Counted from the first letter of the stretch, positions 19,069 through 29,470 are shown. The stretch is 64,000 nt of DNA from Neptunomonas sp. (GCF_041601355.1 NZ_JBFIIH010000005.1:5-64004); one strand, 5' to 3'. The notes: generated by a model not told the origin, from the letters alone. Translations and numbers: made by a program.

Positions 19069-19151
19069 TATCAGAGGGCTGAGGCTCCTTATCAGAGCGC
19101 TGAAGCTCCTTATTGGAGCGCTGAATCTCTTATCAGAGCGCTGAAGCTCCT
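19069..19151. repeat. 4 x ~21-bp tandem repeat (TATCAGAGCGCTGAAGCTCCT) in a divergent intergenic region
   Basis: Units at 19069-19089, 19090-19110, 19111-19130 and 19131-19151. Copies 2 and 4 are identical. Each is centred on the palindromic hexamer AGCGCT (AGGGCT in copy 1). Confidence 0.85.
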
Positions 19152-19310
19152 CAACAGAGAACATAAACCTGCCCAGAGCGCATAATTAAAGGGTTGAATT
19201 AAAGCATTGATTTTACATTAGACAGGCCGATAGCTACACTCAGAATAAATGATTAAGGGAACAATAGATTACTATTCCTGTCATAACTTCATCGAATTAA
19301 AGAATATAGA

Positions 19311-21431
19311 ATGGATAATATGTTGAAAGGTTTACGCACTCCCCTTCGCAACTCATTGGGCAACGCCCTTCGCAGTTCGCTTGCTGTATGCTTCCTGGTG
19401 CCTGCTATTGCACTAGCATCAGTCGATATTACTCCATTACATCCTGAAACGGTCCATCAGCAAACTATAAAGGATATTATCGGTTCCCTTAATGCTGGCC
19501 ATTATAACAAGATTAATGTTGATGACTCGCTTTCCAGCGATTTACTCGACAAGTATCTTGAGGAACTTGATCCATCCAAAAGTTACTTTTACAAATCAGA
19601 CATTGCTGAATTTGACGCCTACCGCTACGAATTGGATGACGCTATTCTCAACGGCAATCTGGACGTTGCCTACGCTATCTTTAATCGCCAGCAACAACGC
19701 ATCATTGAGCGGCTCAACTGGACGCTCGACCGCCTGAATAATGAACAGGCTTTCAACTTTTCGCTGGATGAAACACTTAATACAGACCGGGAAAAAGATG
19801 ATTGGATCGGCTCACAAAGTGAAATGAATGATCTGTGGCGCAAACGTATCAAAAGCGCCATTTTAAACCTTACTTTAGCTGACAAATCTGAGCAGGAAGC
19901 CCGAAGCACCCTGATCAAGCGCTACACAAGTCAGCTTAATCGTCTCTCGCAAAATAAAAGCGAAGATGTATTTCAGCGCTTCGCCAATGTTTTCACTAAA
20001 CATTTTGACCCACACACTTCTTACTTTTCACCTCGCAACTCAGAAAACTTCAAAATCAACATGAGTCTTTCACTTGAAGGGATCGGAGCCGTGCTACAAA
20101 GTGAGAATGAGTTCACTAAAATTGTCCGCTTAGTCCCCGCAGGCCCTGCAGATAAAACAGGACAGCTTAAGCCCGCCGATCTGATTGTCGGCGTCGGCCA
20201 GGGAGAGACAGGCGAAATAGAAGATGTTGTTGGCTGGCGCCTGGATGATGTTGTTGATCTTATTCGAGGCCCTAAAGACTCGGTCGTCCGGCTTGAAATC
20301 ATTCCTTCAGACAGCGAGGATAAAGCGAGCCGTAAAACAATTTCAATTAAGCGTAATACCGTAGAACTGGAAGAACAAGCGGCACAAAAACGCATCCTGA
20401 ATGTTAAGCATAACGATAAAGACTATAAATTAGGCGTTATCGACATCCCGGCCTTTTATATCGACTTTGCCGCCTTACAACGCGGTGATAAAAACTATAA
20501 AAGCACAACACGTGATGTAGAAAACCTGATTAGTGAGCTACAAACCGAAAAAATCGACGGTCTGATTATCGATCTGAGAAATAATGGCGGCGGCTCACTG
20601 CGTGAAGCCAATGAACTGGTAGGCCTCTTCATTGATCGCGGCCCGACCGTACAGATAAGAGACCCGAATGGGCGTGTAGATATCCTTGGGGATTTTAATC
20701 CTAAAATTGCCTACAACGGCCCCATGGCAGTCGTCGTCAACCGTTTAAGTGCTTCCGCATCAGAAATTTTTGCCGGTGCTATACAGGATTACCAACGCGG
20801 CATCATTGTCGGCAACCAGACGTTTGGCAAAGGGACGGTACAAACCCTGCAATCACTGGATCATGGCCAGATAAAACTCACTCACGCCAAGTTTTACCGT
20901 ATTTCAGGCGAAAGCACACAGCACAAAGGCGTTATTCCTGATATCACTTTTCCTGAGACTTATGACACCAGCGAAATCGGTGAAAGCGCACTGGATGGCG
21001 CCCTTCCCTGGGATCAGGTAAAAGAAGCACGACACGGCATCTTTAAAGGGATAGATTCTTTTAAGGCTGAACTGGAAAAACGTCATAACCTACGTACCGA
21101 CAACCAGCCTGATTTCAACTTTTTACGCGCCCAGATCAACCGACAAACAGAAGTGAAGGATGACACTACCTTCCCGCTGAATGAGACTAAATTGCTGGCC
21201 AAGCGTGATCTTGCCGATAAATGGCAGATCGATGCTGAAAACAAGCGTCGCCTCGCCAAAGGGCAGGCACCGATTGCTAAAATCACCGACCTTGATGATC
21301 TTTTAGAGAAAGATGATAAGGGCCGACCCATTTCTCCCGAATCAGAAGCTATACTGGAAGAAAGTGCTCAAATCCTATTGGATATGGTTGACCTGACAAA
21401 ACAACTATTGACCACTTATAACCCAAAATAA
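19311..21431 (+). CDS. prc: Carboxy-terminal processing (tail-specific) protease Prc, S41 family
   Basis: 706 aa with a signal peptide, a PDZ region and the S41 core DLRNNGGGSL...VNRLSASASEIFAGAIQDYQRGIIVG.QTFGKGTVQ. Confidence 0.9.
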   Translation: MDNMLKGLRTPLRNSLGNALRSSLAVCFLVPAIALASVDITPLHPETVHQQTIKDIIGSLNAGHYNKINVDDSLSSDLLDKYLEELDPSKSYFYKSDIAEFDAYRYELDDAILNGNLDVAYAIFNRQQQRIIERLNWTLDRLNNEQAFNFSLDETLNTDREKDDWIGSQSEMNDLWRKRIKSAILNLTLADKSEQEARSTLIKRYTSQLNRLSQNKSEDVFQRFANVFTKHFDPHTSYFSPRNSENFKINMSLSLEGIGAVLQSENEFTKIVRLVPAGPADKTGQLKPADLIVGVGQGETGEIEDVVGWRLDDVVDLIRGPKDSVVRLEIIPSDSEDKASRKTISIKRNTVELEEQAAQKRILNVKHNDKDYKLGVIDIPAFYIDFAALQRGDKNYKSTTRDVENLISELQTEKIDGLIIDLRNNGGGSLREANELVGLFIDRGPTVQIRDPNGRVDILGDFNPKIAYNGPMAVVVNRLSASASEIFAGAIQDYQRGIIVGNQTFGKGTVQTLQSLDHGQIKLTHAKFYRISGESTQHKGVIPDITFPETYDTSEIGESALDGALPWDQVKEARHGIFKGIDSFKAELEKRHNLRTDNQPDFNFLRAQINRQTEVKDDTTFPLNETKLLAKRDLADKWQIDAENKRRLAKGQAPIAKITDLDDLLEKDDKGRPISPESEAILEESAQILLDMVDLTKQLLTTYNPK

Positions 21432-21448
21432 ATAGCGGCTGACGATAC

Positions 21449-22234
21449 ATGTTACCAATGGCTCGTAACAAAAAGATCATCTTATTCGCCATGATAATAC
21501 CGCTGATTCTCACTGGTCTGGGAATCGGTGGTTATATTCTCTATCAACGTATTGATTCCCAGCAGGTAAAAAACAGCAAAGAACTGGAACGCTTTGGGTA
21601 CGAGATGGTCGGCAGTTCCCGCAGTACAGAAACTGCCGACGATTTAGGCGTAAGCCAGCTATCGTCCACCTTTGATCAGGATAAACTAACGCCGACGCAA
21701 AAAATCATATACGGCCTTAACCGTGATAAAGATGGATTACTCACTGAAAACAAAACCTTACAAGCGCAGATACAACAACTGCAAGCACAGGTCACAGAAC
21801 TGACTGAATACAAACAACTCAACGAACATTTCGCACCCCAACAACTCAAAGACGAACTCCGTTCAGTAGAACACCAACTAAAAGCCTACCTGATCCGTAG
21901 TGCCGATGCAGAACGTTTCAGCACGATACAAATAGAAATCATGTCGGCCGCAGGCGCTGCCGAGTATAAAGCGTTCATCACGCGTAACCGACTCATGCTA
22001 TCTGAAGACAAAAAACAGAGCCTCATCAGCAATTACCTACCCGCTTACGCCTTTTGCGTTGGCGATGGCGTAGAAATTGCCGCTAATTCGCGTAGCGAAG
22101 AGCGCAAACTGGCTAACTTTTTCCGCACCGAAGACACCAATTCTCTGACCGAAGCACTTTTTCAGGATTTATCATCCGTTTTAACACCCTGCCAGCTCTC
22201 TATACGTGAAAAACTGGATAACGATAAAGTATAA
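21449..22234 (+). CDS. Hypothetical membrane-anchored coiled-coil protein
   Basis: 261-aa ORF 18 nt after prc. It has one N-terminal TM segment and a Q-rich coiled segment (LQAQIQQLQAQVTELTEYKQL). Confidence 0.5.
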   Translation: MLPMARNKKIILFAMIIPLILTGLGIGGYILYQRIDSQQVKNSKELERFGYEMVGSSRSTETADDLGVSQLSSTFDQDKLTPTQKIIYGLNRDKDGLLTENKTLQAQIQQLQAQVTELTEYKQLNEHFAPQQLKDELRSVEHQLKAYLIRSADAERFSTIQIEIMSAAGAAEYKAFITRNRLMLSEDKKQSLISNYLPAYAFCVGDGVEIAANSRSEERKLANFFRTEDTNSLTEALFQDLSSVLTPCQLSIREKLDNDKV

Positions 22235-22294
22235 AACTGAATACCCTCTACCTAGACCGCTTCGCATACTGTATAATATGGCCTCTAATTTCTC

Positions 22295-22413
22295 TAATGT
22301 GTGACGGCTAGCCAGCAATACAATTGCACATTAAATAATCTGACCCTGTAAGCTGGCATTACAGGTTACGTGCCGGATTTTTTCTATCCCCGGCCAATTA
22401 ATAGGACACTTTC
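22295..22413 (+). promoter_or_regulatory. Structured rpsA 5' leader with three candidate hairpins; possible -10 TATAAT at 22272-22277
   Basis: Hairpins are AATGTG..CACATT (about 22296-22333), CCTGTAA-gctggca-TTACAGG (22345-22365) and GCCGG..CCGGC (22372-22394). Only a weak SD precedes the ATG. This resembles the E. coli rpsA translation-initiation-region architecture. No good -35 was seen. Confidence 0.35.
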
Positions 22414-24096
22414 ATGAGCGAAAGCTTTGCAGAACTGTTTGAAGAATCCCTTCTAAATGTAGACATGAAACCAGGTACGCTTGTTATCGGTGAAGTTATC
22501 GATATCGACAGCGACTGGGTTACTGTTAACGCTGGTCTTAAATCTGAAGCGGTTATTCCTCGCGTACAGTTCTTAAACGACGCTAACGAGCTGGAAATTA
22601 AAATCGGCGATAGCGTTAAAGTTTCTCTGGAAGCAGTAGAAGATGGTTTTGGTGAAACAAAACTTTCTCGCGAAAAAGCTAAGCGCGCTGAAGCTTGGGA
22701 AGTACTTGAAGCTAAATTTGAAGCTGAAGAAACTGTTACTGGTGTTATCAACGGTAAAGTTAAAGGCGGATTCACTGTTAGCATCAACAACATCCAGGGC
22801 TTCCTGCCTGGTTCACTGGTAGATGTTCGCCCTGTTCGCGATGTTGATCATCTTGAAGGCAAAGAACTCGAATTCAAACTGATCAAACTGGACCAGAAGC
22901 GCAACAACGTTGTTGTTTCTCGCCGTGCCGTTCTTCAAGAAGCCAACAGCGCTCAGCGTGATGAAATCCTGGCTGCTCTGGAAGAAGGACAAGTTGCTAA
23001 AGGTTTCGTTAAGAACCTGACCAACTACGGTGCGTTCATTGATCTGGGTGGTGTTGACGGTCTTCTGCATATCACAGATATGGCTTGGAAGCGTATTTCT
23101 CACCCAAGTGAAATGCTCAACCCAGGTGACGAGATCTCAGTTAAGATCATTAAATTCGACAAAGAAACAGGTCGTATTTCTCTAGGCCTGAAACAGCTGT
23201 CTGAAGATCCGTGGGAAGCTATCAAAAACCGTTACCCTGCTGGAACTAAGTGCAACGCACGTATCACTAACCTGACAGATTACGGCTGCTTCGCTTCTAT
23301 CGAAGATGGCGTAGAAGGTCTGGTTCACGTTTCTGAAATGTCTTGGACTAACAAAAACATCCACCCATCTAAAGTTGTTCAGATCGGTGAAGCTGTTGAA
23401 GTTATGATTCTGGATGTTGATGAAGAGCGTCGTCGTATTTCTCTGGGTATCAAACAGTGCACAGTTAACCCATGGGTTGCTTTCGCTGAGCAGTACGCTA
23501 CCAACGATAAAGTATCTGGTCAGATCAAAACGATCACTGACTTCGGTATCTTTGTTGGCCTGGAAAACGACCTTGACGGTCTGGTTCACATGTCCGACAT
23601 CAGCTGGGAAGGCGATGCTGAAGCAGCGCTGCGTCAGTTCAAGAAAGGCGACGAAGTTGAAGCCGTTATCCTGTCTATTGATGCAGAGAAAGAGCGTATC
23701 TCTCTGGGCATCAAGCAACTAGACAGCGATCCTTTTGCTGAGTATGCAGCAGCAAATGACAAAAACACCATCGTTAAAGGCATCGTTAAATCGGTAGATG
23801 CTAAAGGCGCTGTTGTTGAGTTGGCTGAAGGCATCGAAGGTACATTGAAAGTTTCTGAAATCAGCACAGACCGTGTTGATGATGCAACGACTGTACTGAA
23901 AGTTGGTGACGAAGTTGAAGCGAAGATCATCAACATTGATCGTCGTAGCCGCGCAATCGTTCTGTCTGTGAAAGCTAAAGACCAGGCTGACGAGAAAGCT
24001 GCTATCGCTGCTGTTCGCACACAAGAAGTTGAAACGGCTGGTCCTACCACTATCGGTGATCTGATCAAGGCGCAAATGGCTAACAAAAACAACTAA
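22414..24096 (+). CDS. rpsA: 30S ribosomal protein S1
   Basis: 560 aa with six S1 repeats. [13 protein letters not shown]...[25 protein letters not shown] is unmistakable. Confidence 0.97.
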   Translation: MSESFAELFEESLLNVDMKPGTLVIGEVIDIDSDWVTVNAGLKSEAVIPRVQFLNDANELEIKIGDSVKVSLEAVEDGFGETKLSREKAKRAEAWEVLEAKFEAEETVTGVINGKVKGGFTVSINNIQGFLPGSLVDVRPVRDVDHLEGKELEFKLIKLDQKRNNVVVSRRAVLQEANSAQRDEILAALEEGQVAKGFVKNLTNYGAFIDLGGVDGLLHITDMAWKRISHPSEMLNPGDEISVKIIKFDKETGRISLGLKQLSEDPWEAIKNRYPAGTKCNARITNLTDYGCFASIEDGVEGLVHVSEMSWTNKNIHPSKVVQIGEAVEVMILDVDEERRRISLGIKQCTVNPWVAFAEQYATNDKVSGQIKTITDFGIFVGLENDLDGLVHMSDISWEGDAEAALRQFKKGDEVEAVILSIDAEKERISLGIKQLDSDPFAEYAAANDKNTIVKGIVKSVDAKGAVVELAEGIEGTLKVSEISTDRVDDATTVLKVGDEVEAKIINIDRRSRAIVLSVKAKDQADEKAAIAAVRTQEVETAGPTTIGDLIKAQMANKNN

Positions 24097-24121
24097 TCAG
24101 TTGTTTTAAAGCTACAAAAAA

Positions 24122-24145
24122 GGAGCACTCAGTGCTCCTTTTTTT
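24122..24145 (+). terminator. Rho-independent terminator of rpsA
   Basis: GGAGCACT-c-AGTGCTCC followed by TTTTTTT. Confidence 0.85.
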
Positions 24146-24239
24146 ATACCCTATTTCTACTCTTAAACCCCTCTTTACTCCCTCTTGCTATCTACTTCAG
24201 CAGCATCAGCAGATGCTTTCACAGAAAAGTAAATGTCGC

Positions 24240-24683
24240 TTAATCTTCCAACAATACATAATCGATAAACTGATCTTCACTGATTTCGTTATCTTTTACT
24301 TCATAAATATGCAGCACCGAAGCACCGGCATCAATCACCGAGTTTTCTTTACCTGAAATCAAAGGATGCCATTCTGGCAGCTCTTTTCCTTCATGAATCA
24401 ACCGATAAGCACAGGTCGGCGGTAACCAGTGAAAGCTCTCAACATCTTCCGGACGCAACTTTACACAGCTTGGAACTAACTGGCTGCGTTTCTCATACTG
24501 AGTACAGCGGCAATTATCGAAATCCAGTAAATTGCAAACAACCGTCGTATAGAAAACCTCTTCAGTATCTTCATCTTCAATTTTATGCAAACAGCAGAGC
24601 GCGCAACCATCGCATAATGACTCCCACTCAGGCGCAGTCATTTCAGTTAACGACTTGGTTCGCCAAAATACTTCCTGTGCCAC
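24240..24683 (-). CDS. ycgN: YcgN-family (UPF0260) cysteine-cluster protein
   Basis: FWRTKSL.EM...[15 protein letters not shown]...TTVVC.LLD...CRCTQY pattern. Confidence 0.85.
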   Translation of the reverse strand: MAQEVFWRTKSLTEMTAPEWESLCDGCALCCLHKIEDEDTEEVFYTTVVCNLLDFDNCRCTQYEKRSQLVPSCVKLRPEDVESFHWLPPTCAYRLIHEGKELPEWHPLISGKENSVIDAGASVLHIYEVKDNEISEDQFIDYVLLED

Positions 24684-24970
24684 TAGCGGACACCTGTTTC
24701 TGGGCGGTTAGGATACAAGTCCAGCATATAGTCTTCTTTTGGCGGCGGCATCTGTAGATAAAAGCCTTTCTCCTTAATCCCTTGCAGCATTTTTTCGACA
24801 TCAACACGCGCCAGCTTGCGCCCCGGCCTGACCGGCATATCCATTAAATGCGAAGGTTTTCCAAACATTTCTACCAACGCATCAGGTACACGCTTTAACA
24901 AATCTTTTTTATCAACATAAAGATACATTTCATCTTTACGCGGGCTTTTATAAATTGAACAAATTATCAT
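24683..24970 (-). CDS. ycgL: YcgL-domain protein
   Basis: [19 protein letters not shown]...VP..L...FGKP...M, typical of the YcgL family. Adjacent to ycgN and rnd. Confidence 0.8.
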   Translation of the reverse strand: MIICSIYKSPRKDEMYLYVDKKDLLKRVPDALVEMFGKPSHLMDMPVRPGRKLARVDVEKMLQGIKEKGFYLQMPPPKEDYMLDLYPNRPETGVR

Positions 24971-24976
24971 GCGCTA

Positions 24977-26155
24977 CTAACCATTTTTATCAAACTGTTT
25001 AAGCTCAGCCAATAAAGGCAAGCCAATAATTTCACGACGCCAGCCGCTCAACTCATCCGGCAACTGATACTCTTGCCCATCCAACCCCGAACGAATTAAT
25101 GCCTCAAGATCTTTCTTACGCAACAATATCTCTTGCGCTATACCTAAACGACCGGCTACGTCTCGTGCGATCGCCTTGAGCTTTTTAAGACGTTTATTCC
25201 AAAAAACAGGCAACGGGCGATTAATCGGAGTTATCTCTTCGCTATCTCCTCGACTATAAGCATTTTCCAGAATGGCAAGAATGGCTTCACCCTCTTCCCG
25301 CACGACTTTATGGCGAATTTCATCAGTCCGACCCAGCTCAACACTATTGCGCGGCCAGCTGTTGATAATAGAGAGTATCGTCTGATTGCGCAGCACCCAG
25401 TTGCGCGGCGTATCTCTCAAACGACATTGCTGTTCCCGCCACATGGTGATATCCCGTAGCGCCGCCAGCTTAAAACCGCTCACACCCGACATCTGACTAA
25501 AGCGCCGGTAATACTCACGCCCATCAGGATCGTTATCCAGCGCGGTTTGTAATGCCACCTCTGACTCTTCAACAAACCAGGAAAGCCGGTCATGCGACTC
25601 GAGCTCTGCTTTTTGCATCAGACAGATAGCCGGAAGATAAGCAACATCCAGCGCAGCATACACCTCTTGTTCAGGGCTCAACGGGCGCTTAAGCCAGTCG
25701 GATGTTGTCTCGCCTTTACCTATCTGAATATCCAACGCATGCTCAAGCAAACGCTGCAACCCCATGGTAAAGCCCCAGCCAATAAAAGCGGCCGCCAATT
25801 GAGTATCGAAGATCGGGCGGGGCAAGACGCCCAGGGTATGATTAAACAGCTCTAAATCTTCACTGCCGGCATGAATAATTTTTAACACTGCAGGATTTAA
25901 AAACACCTGACTCAGCGGCGATAGATCATCAATAGATAAGGGATCAATCAAATAACAGTGTTGATCATCTGCTATTTGAATCAGCCCCGGAATAGGGTAA
26001 AAAGTATCGATGCGCTGAAATTCAGTGTCCAACGCAATCATCGGCAATGTCTGCCAACGGGCACAGTATTCAAGCAGCAGTGCGTTGCTTGTAATATGGA
26101 TCGGCTGCTGGGCCGACGCCTCTAAAACAGCCCAGTCATAGCTATCATCTTTCAT
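24977..26155 (-). CDS. rnd: Ribonuclease D
   Basis: DEDDy 3'-5' exonuclease motifs (IALDTEF, IIHAGSEDLELF, YAALDVAYL) followed by HRDC-like regions. Confidence 0.9.
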   Translation of the reverse strand: MKDDSYDWAVLEASAQQPIHITSNALLLEYCARWQTLPMIALDTEFQRIDTFYPIPGLIQIADDQHCYLIDPLSIDDLSPLSQVFLNPAVLKIIHAGSEDLELFNHTLGVLPRPIFDTQLAAAFIGWGFTMGLQRLLEHALDIQIGKGETTSDWLKRPLSPEQEVYAALDVAYLPAICLMQKAELESHDRLSWFVEESEVALQTALDNDPDGREYYRRFSQMSGVSGFKLAALRDITMWREQQCRLRDTPRNWVLRNQTILSIINSWPRNSVELGRTDEIRHKVVREEGEAILAILENAYSRGDSEEITPINRPLPVFWNKRLKKLKAIARDVAGRLGIAQEILLRKKDLEALIRSGLDGQEYQLPDELSGWRREIIGLPLLAELKQFDKNG

Positions 26156-26164
26156 TCATTAGCC

Positions 26165-26761
26165 TCAAAACAGCCGCCGCCCAGCCAATGCATGCGCCAA
26201 CGTGCCACCATCAACATATTCCAGTTCGCCACCTACCGGCACACCATGAGCAATACGCGTCACCTTAAGTGAAGCACCTTTCAATTGCTCAGCAATATAA
26301 TGAGCGGTCGCGTCCCCTTCCACTGTCGGATTTGTCGCGACAATAACCTCTTTTATCTCCCCCTGATTGACCCGCTCAATTAGCTGACGGATACCAATAT
26401 CATCAGGCCCGATACCATCGATAGGAGATAAATGGCCACCCAGCACAAAATAAACACCGGCAAAGCTGTTGGTATGCTCAATAGCCAGCACATCCATAGG
26501 CGACTCAAGCACACACAACGAACTCCGGTCACGGCTCTTTGATGCACACAGCTCACAAATCTCTGATTCACTGAGTGTTCTGCACTGCTGACACTGAGAA
26601 ACCTGCTCTGCAGCCAAGCGAAGCGAGGAAGACAACTCCAGCGCCGCATGACGATCTCTCTCAAGCAGGTGAAATGCCATGCGCTGCGCTGTTTTTGGCC
26701 CAACACCGGGCAAGCAACGCAACGCACTAACCAACTGCTGTATTAAAGGACTGAATGACAT
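26165..26761 (-). CDS. recR: Recombination protein RecR
   Basis: [17 protein letters not shown] helix-hairpin-helix, a C4 zinc finger (CQQC...CELC) and a Toprim region. Confidence 0.95.
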   Translation of the reverse strand: MSFSPLIQQLVSALRCLPGVGPKTAQRMAFHLLERDRHAALELSSSLRLAAEQVSQCQQCRTLSESEICELCASKSRDRSSLCVLESPMDVLAIEHTNSFAGVYFVLGGHLSPIDGIGPDDIGIRQLIERVNQGEIKEVIVATNPTVEGDATAHYIAEQLKGASLKVTRIAHGVPVGGELEYVDGGTLAHALAGRRLF

Positions 26762-26764
26762 CGT

Positions 26765-27091
26765 TTAAAATGGCATATTAAAACCCGGTGGCATACCCAT
26801 GCCGCCGGTGACTTTAGCCATTTTTTCCTGAGACTGAGTTTCAACTTTACGCACAGCATCATTTACCGCTGCAGCGATCAGATCTTCAAGAACATCTTTA
26901 TCTTCTTCCAGCAAACCAGGATCAATCACGACACGCTTAACATCGTGACGACCATTCATGATAATTTTTACCAGACCCGCACCAGATTCACCATTTACTT
27001 CCAAATTAGCGACTTCTGCTTGTGCTTTCTGCAGTTCTTCCTGCATCTTTTGCGCCTGCTTCATCAGGTTGCCCATGCCACCCTTCATCAT
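26765..27091 (-). CDS. ybaB: Nucleoid-associated protein YbaB/EbfC
   Basis: [18 protein letters not shown]...[11 protein letters not shown]...[10 protein letters not shown]. Canonical position between dnaX and recR. Confidence 0.95.
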   Translation of the reverse strand: MMKGGMGNLMKQAQKMQEELQKAQAEVANLEVNGESGAGLVKIIMNGRHDVKRVVIDPGLLEEDKDVLEDLIAAAVNDAVRKVETQSQEKMAKVTGGMGMPPGFNMPF

Positions 27092-27105
27092 ACTCTTTAC
27101 CTCAC

Positions 27106-29193
27106 CTATAACGGGTCAATTGGAACAATGGAATCACGGTCTATCGTGCCATCAAAATGCGAAACTAACATCTGTACTATGCTATCACTTTCAAATGCCG
27201 AAACAGCCATCACCAAACGTTCTGCTTTTAAACGCGCAAAACATTGGCCCGGGGTTTCCCGCGATTGAACAGCGTTAATGAATTCTACCTCAATTGAGGT
27301 TTTAAAATAATCACAGAGTACATCCTGAATACGCTGCTTCTGCACGTCATCCAGTACGGCCGCCTGCTCTCTTCGATAATGGAACACCATTTTATGCTCA
27401 GACACCGACTCAAGCGATAAGTTACTGGCAATATTAGCCGTCATCCCCGTTAGACCAATCTGGCCTAACAGAATAATCCAATCCTCTTCGCGGCAATCTG
27501 TAAGCGCCGTGGGTGCTTGTGCCGTAGGTGCTTGTGCCGTAGGTGCTTTTGCCGCAGGTGCTTTTGCCGCAGGTGCTTGTGCCGCAGGTGCTTCAGATCC
27601 TATGCCAGCTTGTGTTTTTAAATCAGCGCCTGAGATGACTTCAGAATGCTGATCAGTCCGGGCATCTGCCTGCCCCTCTGCGCTGACACCTGGCTTCACT
27701 TCCGGTTGCGTTGCGGTCTTTTCGGCTGCTACTTGCTTAACTGCTACTTGTTCGGTTTGTGCTTTTTCAACCAGCGCCTCAGCGGCAAAGCTTTCAGTAG
27801 GCTCGGCCGGTGGGAGTAGTGGCTTTTTTACCGGGCTTACCTCTTCGTCAGCATCATCCGCCGGAATATCATACTCATCATACGGAGGCGGCTCTAAATC
27901 CGAAGCCGGGGCAGAAACGGGGGCCGCTAACGGCTCAGGATCAGAATCAGGCAGAGGAGCTGGAGCAGGAGCTGGAGCTGGAGCTGGAGCTGGAGCTGGC
28001 GCTGGAGCTGGAGCTGGAGAGATGGTTTGCTCTGCGGGTTCAGATTGTCCAGCATCCGATGCAGAAGGAGCAACCTCATGCTGCAATTGAACCGGCCTTG
28101 GCGCACTATCAGCCGGACGAAACGCCAGCATACGCAGCAACACCATCTCCAAACCTTCACGAGCATCCGGTACATATGGCAGATCTTTACGTCCCATCAG
28201 CGCGATCTGGTAGAACAGCTGCACATCTTCCGCGGTCAGTTGGCGTGCCAGCGCCGTCACCTGCTCCTGATCTCCCATACTGTTATCAATCGCATCCGGG
28301 ATCGCCTGCGCCACCGCAACACGGTGCAACAAGCTGATGAGATCACCGAGCACGTTCATATAATCCGGAGAGAACAATGCCAATTCAGCTACGACAGCCA
28401 GTAAATTACGCGGATTATGTGCGGTTAACTCATCCAGTAACCGATAAACCAAACGCTGATCAATCGCACCCAACATCGAGCGAACATCTGCCTCGAGTAC
28501 CGTGCCGCTGCCAAAAGCAATCGATTGATCGGTTAAACTCAAGGCATCACGCATCGAGCCATCGGCAGAACGCGCTAACAACCATAATGCGGGATCTTCA
28601 AAACCGACTTTTTCCTCAGCCAGTACAAACTGAAGATGCTCAACAATGCGTTCGGGAATCAGGTTCTTAAGATTAAATTGCAAACAGCGCGACAAAATAG
28701 TCACTGGCAATTTTTGCGGATCTGTCGTCGCCAACAAGAACTTAACATGTGCAGGCGGCTCTTCCAGCGTTTTCAACAAGGCGTTGAAAGAATGACTGGA
28801 GAGCATGTGTACTTCATCTATCAGGTAAACTTTAAAGCGGCCATGTGTCGGCGCATACTGCACATTCTCGAGTAGCTCGCGGGTATCTTCAACCTTGGTT
28901 CGTGACGCCGCATCCACTTCGATCAGATCAATAAAGCGTCCTTCTGCAATCTCCCGGCAGGCACTGCACTGGCCGCACGGCTCAGAGGAAACACCGACTT
29001 CACAGTTCAGGGATTTAGCAAATAAACGTGCGATTGATGTCTTACCTACTCCACGCGTACCGGTGAAAAGATAAGCATGATGCAAACGATCCTGATCGAG
29101 CGCATTAACCAACGCTTTGAGGACATGCTCCTGCCCAACCATCTCAGCAAAGCGCTTAGGACGCCACTTACGTGCAAGAACCTGATAACTCAT
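27106..29193 (-). CDS. dnaX: DNA polymerase III subunits tau/gamma
   Basis: [13 protein letters not shown]...VGQEHV...[12 protein letters not shown]+ clamp-loader N-terminus, a zinc module (C..C..C), a low-complexity linker and a tau-specific C-terminus. Confidence 0.95.
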   Translation of the reverse strand: MSYQVLARKWRPKRFAEMVGQEHVLKALVNALDQDRLHHAYLFTGTRGVGKTSIARLFAKSLNCEVGVSSEPCGQCSACREIAEGRFIDLIEVDAASRTKVEDTRELLENVQYAPTHGRFKVYLIDEVHMLSSHSFNALLKTLEEPPAHVKFLLATTDPQKLPVTILSRCLQFNLKNLIPERIVEHLQFVLAEEKVGFEDPALWLLARSADGSMRDALSLTDQSIAFGSGTVLEADVRSMLGAIDQRLVYRLLDELTAHNPRNLLAVVAELALFSPDYMNVLGDLISLLHRVAVAQAIPDAIDNSMGDQEQVTALARQLTAEDVQLFYQIALMGRKDLPYVPDAREGLEMVLLRMLAFRPADSAPRPVQLQHEVAPSASDAGQSEPAEQTISPAPAPAPAPAPAPAPAPAPAPLPDSDPEPLAAPVSAPASDLEPPPYDEYDIPADDADEEVSPVKKPLLPPAEPTESFAAEALVEKAQTEQVAVKQVAAEKTATQPEVKPGVSAEGQADARTDQHSEVISGADLKTQAGIGSEAPAAQAPAAKAPAAKAPTAQAPTAQAPTALTDCREEDWIILLGQIGLTGMTANIASNLSLESVSEHKMVFHYRREQAAVLDDVQKQRIQDVLCDYFKTSIEVEFINAVQSRETPGQCFARLKAERLVMAVSAFESDSIVQMLVSHFDGTIDRDSIVPIDPL
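27511..27600. repeat. 6 x 15-bp in-frame tandem repeat in dnaX (AGGTGCTTGTGCCGY)
   Basis: Encodes [29 protein letters not shown] in the tau linker. Confidence 0.85.
27794..27846 (-). promoter_or_regulatory. dnaX: Candidate dnaX programmed -1 ribosomal frameshift site
   Basis: On the mRNA: AAGAGGT-aagcccggt-A AAA AAG. The heptamer is at 27829..27823 and A AAA AAG is in the zero frame (codons 456-457). The SD-like element lies 9 nt upstream. The -1 frame reads GCC ACT ACT CCC ACC GGC CGA GCC TAC TGA, with the stop at 27796..27794. Confidence 0.55.
27955..28018. repeat. Hexanucleotide (GGAGCT)n microsatellite in dnaX, about 10 copies
   Basis: Encodes the (PA)n tract [21 protein letters not shown]. 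Confidence 0.85.
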
Positions 29194-29358
29194 AAATAGA
29201 AGACGCCATCACCAGAAAAACAAACGCTAATGCTACCGGTTACGGGCTGATATGGCTACCAGTTAAAGCGCATCAGCGCTGTCATTTGCATGTAAATGCC
29301 CCCTTCAATACACCGCTTGAATACCTCTTTTTGATATACCTTTTCTAAACACCGCTTC

Positions 29359-29451
29359 AATACACCGATTACCCGTTATCTCCTGTACAGTATTCTTGAC
29401 CTTCTTTTGTGGCTGATGAGAGCAACTACAGTGAGAGATCAAAGAATTCAC
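29359..29451. repeat. Copy A of a ~93-bp direct repeat: a decayed duplicate of the 5' leader and first codons of the cytochrome c gene at 32298
   Basis: By eye about 78% identical to 32267-32360. An example stretch is accttcttt[tc]gtggctgatg[at]gagcaact..agtgag. In copy A the ATG has become ACT and a stop follows after 4 codons. Confidence 0.8.
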
Positions 29452-29470
29452 CCAAAACAGAGAACCCAGA

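Noticed and set aside
19069-19151. CRISPR array
   Set aside because: The repeats are directly abutting with no spacers, there are only 4 copies, they are 21 bp long, and no cas genes are in the window.
22398-24092. Several minus-strand ORFs of 96-178 aa (22398-22793, 22813-23103, 23182-23718, 23634-24092)
   Set aside because: All are antisense shadows inside rpsA, with no motifs and no RBS context.
27810-28670. Plus-strand ORFs of 97-175 aa within dnaX, including one encoding ELELELEL
   Set aside because: They are antisense to dnaX and are driven by its low-complexity (PA)n and linker repeats.
29194-29360. Possible SRP (4.5S) RNA gene, which lies immediately upstream of dnaX in Bacillus and several other bacteria
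   Set aside because: Reading the minus strand, I found no match to the conserved domain IV core (..GGUCCGGAAGGAAGCAGCC..). Only a small AGCGC-tgat-GCGCU hairpin and short direct repeats are present.
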